DNA of 25,594 nucleotides, from the NCBI GenBank assembly GCA_041736305.1, contig JBGSTX010000206.1, positions 1 to 25,594 on the forward strand, written 5' to 3'. The stretch comes from Oligoflexus sp. (GTDB lineage Bacteria > Bdellovibrionota_B > Oligoflexia > Oligoflexales > Oligoflexaceae). Of the stretch, positions 1-8,363 are shown one piece after another; the stretch's first letter is position 1; each line of letters begins with the position of its first letter. Under the pieces are notes generated by a model. It was not told the origin of the DNA and did no database searches. It saw nothing but the letters and a program-made list of their open reading frames with translations. The position numbers and the translations under genes were made by a program.

Positions 1-2
1 TC

Positions 3-1175
3 CCTCTCAAGCCGCATCTTGATAACATAGCGCATTCGGATACCTTCGAACTCTGCATCGGCCAGGTTCACGGGCATGAAGCCGGCAATGCTCTGCGCTC
101 TCCCGGGCGTTCCAAAACGCAGAAATTCGGCTATTCTTTGATGTCGACGAACGACTCAGGCTCGACCCTCAGCAACGATATTCTCTATTCCCGCACCCCG
201 ACTCCGGCCATAGTTCACAATTATCACAATAACAGCCTGGCCAAGCGCAACGGCCTGGTCATGAAGGGCATCGGGCGTTCAGGTGTGATGGCTTATCACT
301 TTGATGCCGGCTTGAGCCGCGGTCAGCTCGATCGCTATTTCTCCGGCGAGGCTTTGATTGAAGCCTTCGCGCCTTCGTCCTCTAGCCAGAATTTTCCTAT
401 CAATCCTCTGCAAGCCAACTACTTGCGCAATCTGATGGGGAAACTCGATCAGCGCTTCATGCAGACCCGGCCCTATTCCGCAGAAATCGCCAAGGGCCAC
501 ACGCGCCAGCTCGAAAGGGTCATGGCCAAGCAGTCTATCGAAGGTTTTTCCTTAGCGCTTACCGAAGACGAGAAAAAGTATTGGCTCAGTGGAGTTCCCC
601 CGCAGTCCAGCATTGATTTGCGCGGGCTCGGCATCGCTGAGCAGATGGCTTATGGTTTTAAGCTCGTTAGCAACGGCATCGTCAAGACGCTCGCTCTAGA
701 ATTCGACTACGCAGATTTTCACGGTGATCGCGATGAGCATGTGATGCGGACCATGTCCAAGCAGACCGCGTTGCCTCTCGCTCGCCTGATCCAGGCCCTC
801 AAGGATCAGGGCCTGTTTCACCGCACTCTCATTGCTATTTATACGACTGATGGCAGTCGCAGTCCCGCTTCCAACTCGTATGGAGATGAAGGTAAAAATT
901 CGCTTCTTCTAGCGGGCGGAATGATCAAGGGAGGTTACTACGGGGACATTCGGGTCGCCGAGACTTTGCCGGAAGGGCACAAATTTTCTTATCATATGCC
1001 CGACCTACAAAGCGGCCAGGCTGTATTCCAAGGTGCTCGCGATAACAGCGGTCGACTCTCAGGAGCTTCGGGCTGGAGAACAGTGATGAAGGCTTTGCGG
1101 ATACCTGAAGTCTTCGTCAAGCAGTATCCAGAAGTCGCCGATGTCGCTCCACTCGATTTCATGTTGAGGACCTGA
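3..1175 (+). CDS. DUF1501-family protein, 5' end truncated by the window
   Basis: The frame is open from base 3 (PLKPHLDNIA...HGHE) into the 138..1175 ORF. DUF1501-like motifs: DFHG, LARLIQALKDQGL..RTLI..YTTDGSRSP, LLAGGMIKGGYYG. Confidence 0.7.
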   Translation, partial: PLKPHLDNIAHSDTFELCIGQVHGHEAGNALRSPGRSKTQKFGYSLMSTNDSGSTLSNDILYSRTPTPAIVHNYHNNSLAKRNGLVMKGIGRSGVMAYHFDAGLSRGQLDRYFSGEALIEAFAPSSSSQNFPINPLQANYLRNLMGKLDQRFMQTRPYSAEIAKGHTRQLERVMAKQSIEGFSLALTEDEKKYWLSGVPPQSSIDLRGLGIAEQMAYGFKLVSNGIVKTLALEFDYADFHGDRDEHVMRTMSKQTALPLARLIQALKDQGLFHRTLIAIYTTDGSRSPASNSYGDEGKNSLLLAGGMIKGGYYGDIRVAETLPEGHKFSYHMPDLQSGQAVFQGARDNSGRLSGASGWRTVMKALRIPEVFVKQYPEVADVAPLDFMLRT

Positions 1176-1177
1176 GG

Positions 1178-2191
1178 ATGTGTTTCCACCGCTCGATACT
1201 TACTTTTGGGATTCTAGCGGCGCTGTTCAGCAGCTCCTGCTTGAAATCGAGCGCTTCGCGTAAAGTCTTAGAACCCGAAGTACTTGAGCCGATCGAAAAT
1301 AAGGACAAGACAGAAACAGCCGTGGAAGCTGCAGCACCCGCTCCGCAAAAAGTCGAGTCGGACGTGACTAAAGCCTGTCTCAACTCGGCGGCAGATTCGG
1401 CCGTCGTGCATAGCTTCACTGTTTTACGGCGCGTACTCCAGGTAGCCGACTGCTCCGGCCTCACAACGCTCACAGGCGCGGAAGGCTTGGACCTGAGTGG
1501 ACAAGACCTGAAGAGTCTTGCTGTTCTGAGTTTCTTCCCTCAGCTCAAATATCTCGATATTAGTAAAAACCGGCAGCTACCCCTGGCCGAACTCGCTCTC
1601 TTAAAGAATCTCCAAGGTTTGCGCCTGGAAGATGCCGATCTCACGAGCTTGGAAGCCTTGCCTGCCCTACCCCAACTGCGTTCCCTCTCCCTCGCTGCTA
1701 ACAAACTGCAGGGGCGGATTGAGCTGAGTGCGTACCCCTTGTTAGAAGAGCTCGATCTGAGCGCTGTCGGAGCTCTCGATGAACTGGTGCTGGCGAGACC
1801 AGGGACTCTGCGGATCCTTCGCATCAATCAGACTCCGCTCAAAAAGCTGAGCGATCTTTTGCTAGGGACACTGGGCCTCCAAGAGCTCTATATCCGAGCT
1901 GCTGATCTGAAAGACGCGGAAGCATTTAAGCCTTTACTCGCTATCAAGCAGTTCGATTTCAGGGATAATCAAATTGCGGATCTGAGTCCTCTGAGCACTC
2001 TCACAAATATCTCCCACGTCTGGGCCGACCACAATCAGATCGTCGATCTAAGGCCACTCGCAAGCCTGCCTCGGCTTGAAGTTCTGCACCTAGCGGGAAA
2101 TTTGATCACAGACAGGTCACCACTCGATGGTTTAGCTGCCCTTTGGGATCTCAACCTCTCTGATAATCCCCTGACTTCTCCCACAAAATAA
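1178..2191 (+). CDS. Leucine-rich-repeat (internalin-like) lipoprotein
   Basis: Hydrophobic N-terminus ending FSSSC (lipobox-like). Repeated LxxLxLxxN units of about 22 aa (LKYLDISKN, LRSLSLAAN, LEVLHLAGN, LWDLNLSDN). Starts 2 nt after the upstream stop. Confidence 0.85.
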   Translation: MCFHRSILTFGILAALFSSSCLKSSASRKVLEPEVLEPIENKDKTETAVEAAAPAPQKVESDVTKACLNSAADSAVVHSFTVLRRVLQVADCSGLTTLTGAEGLDLSGQDLKSLAVLSFFPQLKYLDISKNRQLPLAELALLKNLQGLRLEDADLTSLEALPALPQLRSLSLAANKLQGRIELSAYPLLEELDLSAVGALDELVLARPGTLRILRINQTPLKKLSDLLLGTLGLQELYIRAADLKDAEAFKPLLAIKQFDFRDNQIADLSPLSTLTNISHVWADHNQIVDLRPLASLPRLEVLHLAGNLITDRSPLDGLAALWDLNLSDNPLTSPTK

Positions 2192-2192
2192 C

Positions 2193-2221
2193 TTGCTTAA
2201 TGCGCCATTTATACATATATT
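2193..2221 (+). promoter_or_regulatory. Putative sigma70 promoter TTGCTT-N17-TATATT
   Basis: Near-consensus -35/-10 with a 17-nt spacer in the AT-rich gap upstream of the 2267 CDS. Confidence 0.4.
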
Positions 2222-2266
2222 AACTGTGGCTTTGCGGTTCTTTCCTGCTGCTGTTGCGGAGTACTT

Positions 2267-2833
2267 ATGCTGCGGTTGTGCTGTCTGCTCATGTTCTTGA
2301 GTTTGATGTCCTGTCTTAAGCCGAAAGGCTCTCCGTTACAAAATCTCGAAACAGCGAGCGACGTTCCCGTCGAAATCCCTACGATTCCAGAACCCTCTGT
2401 TCCTGATATGTTTGAGCGCGAATTCACTCAGCTCAAACTCTTGCCTTTAGATATTCGCGAGCTCAAGTTCGAGCAATGGCTCTCTGACCCTAGCCAGGCT
2501 AGTCTCGCTAAAAGCAATGCAGAAGCAAATCTTGATGAACTAGGCGGCCCGAACTATGCCGAGGGTAGGCCTGAGTCGCGGACTTGGGGAAAGCCTTATA
2601 TTGAACAGTGGCTCAAACACGTAGCCCCTTTCTGCCAGGATAGTAGAGCCTTTGAGCGCTTTGCTGCGGGCGGTACCAGCGAGCTGTTCGTCTCTATCTA
2701 CGGTCGGCTGCCTACGACAGCCGAAGTAGAGGATTTTTCTCAGGTCGATGCTGAAGCTAATCTTTCAGCCCAAGACAAGTTTGTAGTGAAATGTTTGTCT
2801 CTCGTGAGTTCATTAGAATTCGTTTCGCAGTAA
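2267..2833 (+). CDS. Hypothetical lipoprotein, possible DUF1501 partner
   Basis: Signal peptide with LMSC lipobox and a GGAG RBS upstream. The C-terminal YGRLPTTAEV...LVSSLEF resembles helical motifs in DUF1501-associated proteins. Confidence 0.65.
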   Translation: MLRLCCLLMFLSLMSCLKPKGSPLQNLETASDVPVEIPTIPEPSVPDMFEREFTQLKLLPLDIRELKFEQWLSDPSQASLAKSNAEANLDELGGPNYAEGRPESRTWGKPYIEQWLKHVAPFCQDSRAFERFAAGGTSELFVSIYGRLPTTAEVEDFSQVDAEANLSAQDKFVVKCLSLVSSLEFVSQ

Positions 2834-2840
2834 AGGCTGC

Positions 2841-3278
2841 TTACTCGGGCCAGCAGATAGACCCGCTGACTCTTTCGAAAAAGCGCCCTGTCTCCAGATC
2901 CTGCCTACCCTCCAGTTTGAGCTGGCCACGTGCGCCGGCGAAAGCCCCACTCCCCTCTTCGATAGGCCCCGAACTTTGAAAGACGCCCGACGCGACGTCG
3001 AAGCTGCCTTTAGCCAGGAGCGTATAGCTGCCTCTAGCCGTTTCGAAAAGCACCGTTCCAGCGATAGTAGCGAGAGTACCCGTCACTGATTCAATCTGGA
3101 AGTTTCCTTGTGTCCTTCCAGCGATGAGCGGGCTACCTACTATTACAGCTGTGGTTTGCCCTTCACCTTGGTCCTGACCGAAACCTACCCCATTCGCCGG
3201 TAAACAGAAATCTCGTCCGTAGCTCGATCCAGCGAAAGTCAGAAGCGATAGAAACAGAGCGCCTGATGTTCTGAGCAT
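2841..3278 (-). CDS. Secreted beta-rich protein, dirigent/allene-oxide-cyclase-like
   Basis: Sec signal peptide, Gly-rich beta strands, and PIEEGSGAFAGARG resembling the dirigent-type IxGGTGxFxxARG motif. One Cys near each end of the mature chain. Confidence 0.55.
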   Translation of the reverse strand: MLRTSGALFLSLLTFAGSSYGRDFCLPANGVGFGQDQGEGQTTAVIVGSPLIAGRTQGNFQIESVTGTLATIAGTVLFETARGSYTLLAKGSFDVASGVFQSSGPIEEGSGAFAGARGQLKLEGRQDLETGRFFERVSGSICWPE

Positions 3279-3616
3279 GTGCAGAGCCTCGCCTATGGGT
3301 TTGAGGCTTCAGCATGCAGGAGGGGGCTAGTGGATTCAAGACAAGATTTTTGTACTGGCCCGAAAACTGCAGTGAGCCCTATAGGACCAAGGACAAGCGT
3401 GCAAAGTAAAAAGATACTGTAAGATCCGCAAAGATTCACTGAGACGTGAGGGTGTCCGCAGCTCGCAGAGCGAATCGGCGCCTTGCGCATTTTATGAATT
3501 TCTATGTACACGTTGAGCAGCAAGTCTTTCAGAAATATTTAATGGACAAATTTTCTCGTGATCCTTTATAAATGAAGTAAGGAATGCTTCTCAAAACCAC
3601 GACGCAAGAGGATTGT

Positions 3617-4264
3617 ATGAAAGTCTTAGGAAACACGTTTAAGTTTTTAGCGCCCCTTTCGTTACTGGCAAGCACCGCAGCTTTCGCGAATGTCAGGCCT
3701 TCGGAAGGTCTCAAGATCAAGCAAATCATCTATAATGGTTCGGGCTGCCCGCTCGGTTCTGTGGCCGAAACCATATCGTCCAACGCCGACGCGTTCACGC
3801 TGACTTTCTCGGAATTCTTCGCTGAGGTCTATCAAGGCTCGCGTCCTTCGGAACAAACCAAGAACTGCATTCTCACCGTCGTGCTTGATGTACCCGCAGG
3901 CTGGCAATACTCGGTAGCCGATTTCTACTACCGAGGTTTCATGGATCTGGATCCCTATGTCGATGCCACACACTCAACCTCGTATTTCTTCCAGGGCCAA
4001 GGGCGTACGGGGACTTTTCAGTCGGTAAAGCAAGGCAGGAATTCTGGCTACAATGGTCAGTACAACTATCGCGATACCATTGGTCTCGAGTCCAAGATCT
4101 GGTCGGTGTGTAACGTCGAGCGTAGTCTCAACATCAACACCAGGATCAGAGTCGAAAATACCAGGAAGGGTAGCCAACCCGCAGCTCAGGGGTATATAGC
4201 GAATGACTCCATCGATGGCCAAATCGTTCAGAAATTTGGCATCACCTGGAGACGTTGCAGCTAG
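3617..4264 (+). CDS. DUF4360-family secreted protein
   Basis: ATG at 3617 after a GAGGA RBS. Signal peptide ending AAFA. Motifs NGSGCP, FTLTFSEF, KNC..., VPAGWQYSV, YYRG, SYFFQG, WSVC, WRRC. Confidence 0.85.
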   Translation: MKVLGNTFKFLAPLSLLASTAAFANVRPSEGLKIKQIIYNGSGCPLGSVAETISSNADAFTLTFSEFFAEVYQGSRPSEQTKNCILTVVLDVPAGWQYSVADFYYRGFMDLDPYVDATHSTSYFFQGQGRTGTFQSVKQGRNSGYNGQYNYRDTIGLESKIWSVCNVERSLNINTRIRVENTRKGSQPAAQGYIANDSIDGQIVQKFGITWRRCS

Positions 4265-4319
4265 AAGTCAGTATAGGATCAGTCTTTGAGTGAAATTTTT
4301 GATTGAGACATCTTCTCGG

Positions 4320-4353
4320 CCTCTCGCCCTTTCCAGAGCGAGAGGTTTTTTTT
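4320..4353 (+). terminator. Intrinsic terminator after the DUF4360 gene
   Basis: Stem CCTCTCGC/GCGAGAGG followed by T8, between convergent genes. Confidence 0.85.
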
Positions 4354-4363
4354 AGAGAAAACC

Positions 4364-5662
4364 TCAGTGGAAATTATAGAAACGCTCGCCTAGAAAAACA
4401 GCCTCGATCCGTCCGCAGAGCTCCGTACCGAGAAAGCAGTTGTTTTTAGAGAGACTGAAGAGATCGTCCTCATTGACGACAGCCTGGGTCTCTACGTTCA
4501 CCAGGGCAGCCTTGAGCGGGCGATCCACAGCTATCGTACCAAAATCCTCCTCGATACCGAGAAACATGGCTGGACGCAGAGAAAACACCTCAACCAAACG
4601 CGAAGCGCTCAGCTCACCGCGCCGCAGGAGCGAAAGCAGCACGCGCAGGGAAGTCTCGAGTCCGGTCGTACCGAAAGCAGCGGTCTTGAAATTAGTGCTT
4701 TTCACATCGGCTTCATGCGGTGCGTGATCTGTCGCGACAAAGTCGATGAGACCACTGGCCAAACCGCGGCATAGGGCGACTCTGTCGGCCTCGTCGCGCA
4801 GGGGCGGATTCATTTTAAAGGAACTTTGATCGTCGCGGATCGCCGAAGAGTTGAACCAGAGATGATGCGGCGAGACTTCGCAGGTGACCAGCAGGCCTTC
4901 GTCTTTAGCGCGAGCGACATGGTCAAGGGTTTCCCGGGCCGAGACGTGGAGCACGTGATAACGCGCGCCAGGGAAATCCTTGAGGAGACGCAAGTCCCGC
5001 TTCACCATATCGACCTCAGCCGAGACCGGATAAGCAGGCATTCCCAAGCGGGACTGCACGGGCCCTTGCGCCAGCACTGCTCCATGGCCGGGATATTCAG
5101 CGTGCTGTAGAATGGGCAAAGAGGTCTCGGCGCTAGCTCTGAAGGCAGCTTGCATGATGCGATCGTCGACGACGCCTAATCCATCGTCGGTGAAGGCTTT
5201 AACTCCCCAACGCGCCAGTGCCATGTGATCGACGGCTTCATGGCCTTTGAGACCCAGGCTGAGAGCTGCGGAGAGATAGGCTTTAACCCCAGTTAACTTC
5301 TGCGCCTCTTCAAGCTCGAACGCAGCCAGCTCACAGACCGCTATGCTGTCGATGACAGGCTTGGTATTGGGCATGCTCAGCACCGCGGCGATCCCGCCTC
5401 TCAAGGCAGCGAGCAGTCCGGTTCCGGGGGTTTCTTTTTGACTTTGCCCGGGCACCCGTAAATGAACCTGTGGATCGACACCCGCAGGTATCAGAGCCAA
5501 TCCACGACCATCGATAAGGGTGATCGGACTAGCGTAGGCACTCGTAGGTCGCACGGCGGCCACGCGGCCTTCGCGCACTTCAAGATCAAAGCCGCTTTGG
5601 ATGCCGCGACTAGACCAGATATCGACATTCTTGATCACGTAATGTTCGTAGGCGTGATACAC
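4364..5662 (-). CDS. pyrC: Dihydroorotase, long (type I-like) form
   Basis: DPQVHLRVPG, MPNTKP, FTDDG, QHAE, HVLHVS, EVSPHHL, KMNPPLR, ATDHAPH, GLET, SLSKNNCF. GTG start with a GGAGG RBS. Confidence 0.9.
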   Translation of the reverse strand: MYHAYEHYVIKNVDIWSSRGIQSGFDLEVREGRVAAVRPTSAYASPITLIDGRGLALIPAGVDPQVHLRVPGQSQKETPGTGLLAALRGGIAAVLSMPNTKPVIDSIAVCELAAFELEEAQKLTGVKAYLSAALSLGLKGHEAVDHMALARWGVKAFTDDGLGVVDDRIMQAAFRASAETSLPILQHAEYPGHGAVLAQGPVQSRLGMPAYPVSAEVDMVKRDLRLLKDFPGARYHVLHVSARETLDHVARAKDEGLLVTCEVSPHHLWFNSSAIRDDQSSFKMNPPLRDEADRVALCRGLASGLIDFVATDHAPHEADVKSTNFKTAAFGTTGLETSLRVLLSLLRRGELSASRLVEVFSLRPAMFLGIEEDFGTIAVDRPLKAALVNVETQAVVNEDDLFSLSKNNCFLGTELCGRIEAVFLGERFYNFH

Positions 5663-5834
5663 GGGCCACCTCCCGATGATTCTATTTGATGGACGATAGG
5701 TTTTGGCCTCTGATTTTGCAATGGGAAAGGCAGGCTGCTCCTCCTCTCCTGGGAGTTGACAGATTCAGACACCCCAGCTATTGAGGTCAGATGAGGGCAG
5801 TTTTTCGGCAACACTGAGCGCGGAGTACCAGGCG

Positions 5835-6326
5835 ATGACAGAAAAAATCCACATTGTCACCACTGGTGGTACGATCGATAAGGTCTATTTTGACGCTATG
5901 AGCACCTATCAAGTGGGCGAACCAACCATAGTGTCGATCTTGGAGGAAGCCAATGTCGATCTGCCCTTCGAAGTGAAGCAGATTTGTCGAAAGGACAGCC
6001 TCGATTTAACAGATGAGGATCGTGACGCGATATATGAAGCAATTCGCACCTCGCCTGGCTCACGCGTGCTGATCACGCATGGCACGGACACCATGATTCA
6101 GACGGCTGAGCGACTGCGCGGCATCAAGGATAAGGTCATTGTTTTCACGGGCTCCATGGCACCCTCGAAACTGCGCAATTCAGATGCCTTTTTCAATATT
6201 GGCTGCGCAATCGTCGCTGTTCAAACCCTGGGCCCGGGCATTTATCTGGCGATGAATGGCCGCATTCTGGACCCTCAGAAAGCCTATAAGAATCGCGCTC
6301 TGGCGCGCTTCGAAGAACGCAACTGA
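5835..6326 (+). CDS. Short single-domain L-asparaginase
   Basis: TTGGTIDK and THGTDTM catalytic motifs, KDSLD, TGSM.P, SDAFFN. Probable ATG at 5835, giving 163 aa. Confidence 0.9.
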   Translation: MTEKIHIVTTGGTIDKVYFDAMSTYQVGEPTIVSILEEANVDLPFEVKQICRKDSLDLTDEDRDAIYEAIRTSPGSRVLITHGTDTMIQTAERLRGIKDKVIVFTGSMAPSKLRNSDAFFNIGCAIVAVQTLGPGIYLAMNGRILDPQKAYKNRALARFEERN

Positions 6327-6343
6327 AGCTAGGAGCTGTACCC

Positions 6344-6757
6344 ATGCACCTTAAGCAGCTTTTCACCAGTGCTCTTATCTGTGGATTATTCTCTTTGAGC
6401 AGCCTTCAACTAGCTGCCAATAGTGCTGTAAAAGCGCCTCTGGCGTGGATTCTTCCTGATAAGGTAAGCCTCTCCCTCACAGCTTCGCCTCCCCTGGCAA
6501 ATAGAAAACTCGCGAGTTTGACTCTGACACCCGAGGGGGCAAGTCCCTGGGTACCCGTGGCTTTTGACGCTCTTATGCCGGAGCACAAACACGGTATGAA
6601 TGTTGAACCTAGCGTTCCGACCTTGAAGGGCCAGGCCTATGAAATCCGCGGTGTGAAGCTGCATATGCCCGGTGCCTGGCTGCTGCGCCTTCGCGTCAAG
6701 CACCAGCAGACGGGCGAAGAGCGTTGGCTCGAGCGCCCTCTTCTCATCCCCTTTTAA
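6344..6757 (+). CDS. FixH/YtkA-like exported Ig-fold protein
   Basis: Signal peptide, DALMPEHKHGM and LHMPGAW motifs, AGGAG RBS. Confidence 0.7.
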   Translation: MHLKQLFTSALICGLFSLSSLQLAANSAVKAPLAWILPDKVSLSLTASPPLANRKLASLTLTPEGASPWVPVAFDALMPEHKHGMNVEPSVPTLKGQAYEIRGVKLHMPGAWLLRLRVKHQQTGEERWLERPLLIPF

Positions 6758-6845
6758 GAAGTAATATTTGCCGACTGCCGCGTCTACTCTCCTGCTTATC
6801 TCCTGTTAGAATTAAGTAAGCACTGACTGACAAAGGATATAAGCG

Positions 6846-7214
6846 ATGGGTAGGAAAATATTGGTCGTCGAAGATTCCAAAACATCTCGCCGCGAAATCG
6901 TGCGGCTGGTTCAAGAGCGCGGATTTACCGCGCTAGAAGCCGAGAATGGCCGCTCGGGCCTAGAGATGATCAAGGACCGCACCGATATTGCTTTGGTCTT
7001 CTGCGATCTCAATATGCCCGAGATGAACGGCTTAGAATTCGCAGCTGCCTTTCGCCAAGAAACTCATTACAAAGACACCCCCTTCATCATGATGGCGCAA
7101 GACAAGGGTGAGGCCAAAAGCAAAGAAGCTAGTTCCTCAAAAGTCACCGCTTGGCTGAGCAAACCGGCCGACGCTACGTCTATCGCCAGCTTTCTCGACA
7201 AATACTGCGGCTGA
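6846..7214 (+). CDS. Single-domain response regulator (CheY-like)
   Basis: ILVVEDS, FCDLNMPEMNG (phospho-Asp), SKP. 122 aa with no output domain. Confidence 0.9.
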   Translation: MGRKILVVEDSKTSRREIVRLVQERGFTALEAENGRSGLEMIKDRTDIALVFCDLNMPEMNGLEFAAAFRQETHYKDTPFIMMAQDKGEAKSKEASSSKVTAWLSKPADATSIASFLDKYCG

Positions 7215-7249
7215 AGATCTGCAGTCTTCACCTTCTCCATGCCTAAGTT

Positions 7250-7282
7250 AGCGTTCGGAGCGTAAGACCCGGACGCTCTTTT
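7250..7282 (+). terminator. Probable intrinsic terminator
   Basis: AGCGTTCGG/CCGGACGCT stem (one G-U pair) followed by CTTTT, between convergent genes. Confidence 0.55.
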
Positions 7283-8194
7283 CTATTTCTGCCAAGAGCG
7301 CGCCCACCATCCCCTCTCGCTGCGTTCAGCGCGCGGATGCATGCCTAGCGCTCGAAGACTCTCCAACACAGGGGATTCATTTGCTTCGTTTAAACCAGCA
7401 AGATAGAGATAGCCGCCGTCACGCAGGGCTGCGACCAGTTCCGGAAGCAGCGAGGTCAAGGTCGGCGGTAGAATATTGCAGACCAGTACGTCGAAGGGCT
7501 CAGCTGAGTTAGGGACGCTGCCTTCCCTTAATTCAAAATAAACTTGGTTGAGATTCTGGTTCTTGGCAGCGACGGCCAAGGCTTCGGCTTCGATGTCGGT
7601 CGCTACGATCGATCGGAAGCCTAAATGATGAGCAACGAAAGCCAGGACCCCAGTCCCGGTGCCGACATCAAGAAGTCGACCATGCCCGAGCTGAGTTTCA
7701 TCCATATCTTCGAGTAGGCGGACCAAGGCCTGGGTCGTTGCATGCTGGCCCGAGCCGAAGACGCTACCGCTGGCCAGCCTTATCAGCTTTTTATCATTAT
7801 TCTCCGGCAAGTCCGCAAAGTCTTCGGGAACTATTTTAAAGCATCGCGTCTCAAGCCAGCGAAAATCTAGCTCCCAGGCTTCCTGCCAGAGCTCATTGGG
7901 CAGGTGGCGCTCGCTAACTTGTATTCTCTCGGCAAAAGTTTGCCTTAAAGCCAGCCGCAGCTCCTGCACCCACTCATGATCGTAGCTGTAGATGAGTAGG
8001 GGAAGATCGACCTCACCTCTTTCGTAGGCAGCGACCAAGTCCTCTGCCTCCGCTCGACTTGCATCGAGAAAATTGCAGCTGGCTTCGACATAATCGTCGA
8101 TACCGCGATCGTGGAGCCATTTGATGAGCTCCGCCCGACCACCGCGAAGCTCGACGCTCAGCTCGCTAACCCCTTTTTGCTTCTGCTGCGGCAT
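7283..8194 (-). CDS. prmA: Ribosomal protein L11 methyltransferase
   Basis: WQEAW, FGSGQHATT, SAM-binding LLDVGTGTGVLA, TDIE, CNIL, LYLAG. Likely start MPQQK at 8194. Confidence 0.8.
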   Translation of the reverse strand: MPQQKQKGVSELSVELRGGRAELIKWLHDRGIDDYVEASCNFLDASRAEAEDLVAAYERGEVDLPLLIYSYDHEWVQELRLALRQTFAERIQVSERHLPNELWQEAWELDFRWLETRCFKIVPEDFADLPENNDKKLIRLASGSVFGSGQHATTQALVRLLEDMDETQLGHGRLLDVGTGTGVLAFVAHHLGFRSIVATDIEAEALAVAAKNQNLNQVYFELREGSVPNSAEPFDVLVCNILPPTLTSLLPELVAALRDGGYLYLAGLNEANESPVLESLRALGMHPRAERSERGWWARSWQK

Positions 8195-8363
8195 AGACTC
8201 TTCCCTCTCAAAAACAAACGACAACCCACCTCGGGCCGCTGCGCACATTTCAGATCGCACAAAAACGATAATTTGGCTAGAATCGTTGCCTACCGTTGGA
8301 AAATGCTGCGGGGCTCACAGCCTGAGGCTCTCGCTGCGCGATTGATCACTTGGAGGCGCGTTT

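Noticed and set aside
5704-5720. TGGC...TTGC as a sigma54 promoter for the asparaginase
   Set aside because: The GG-to-GC spacing is 11 nt rather than the required 10.
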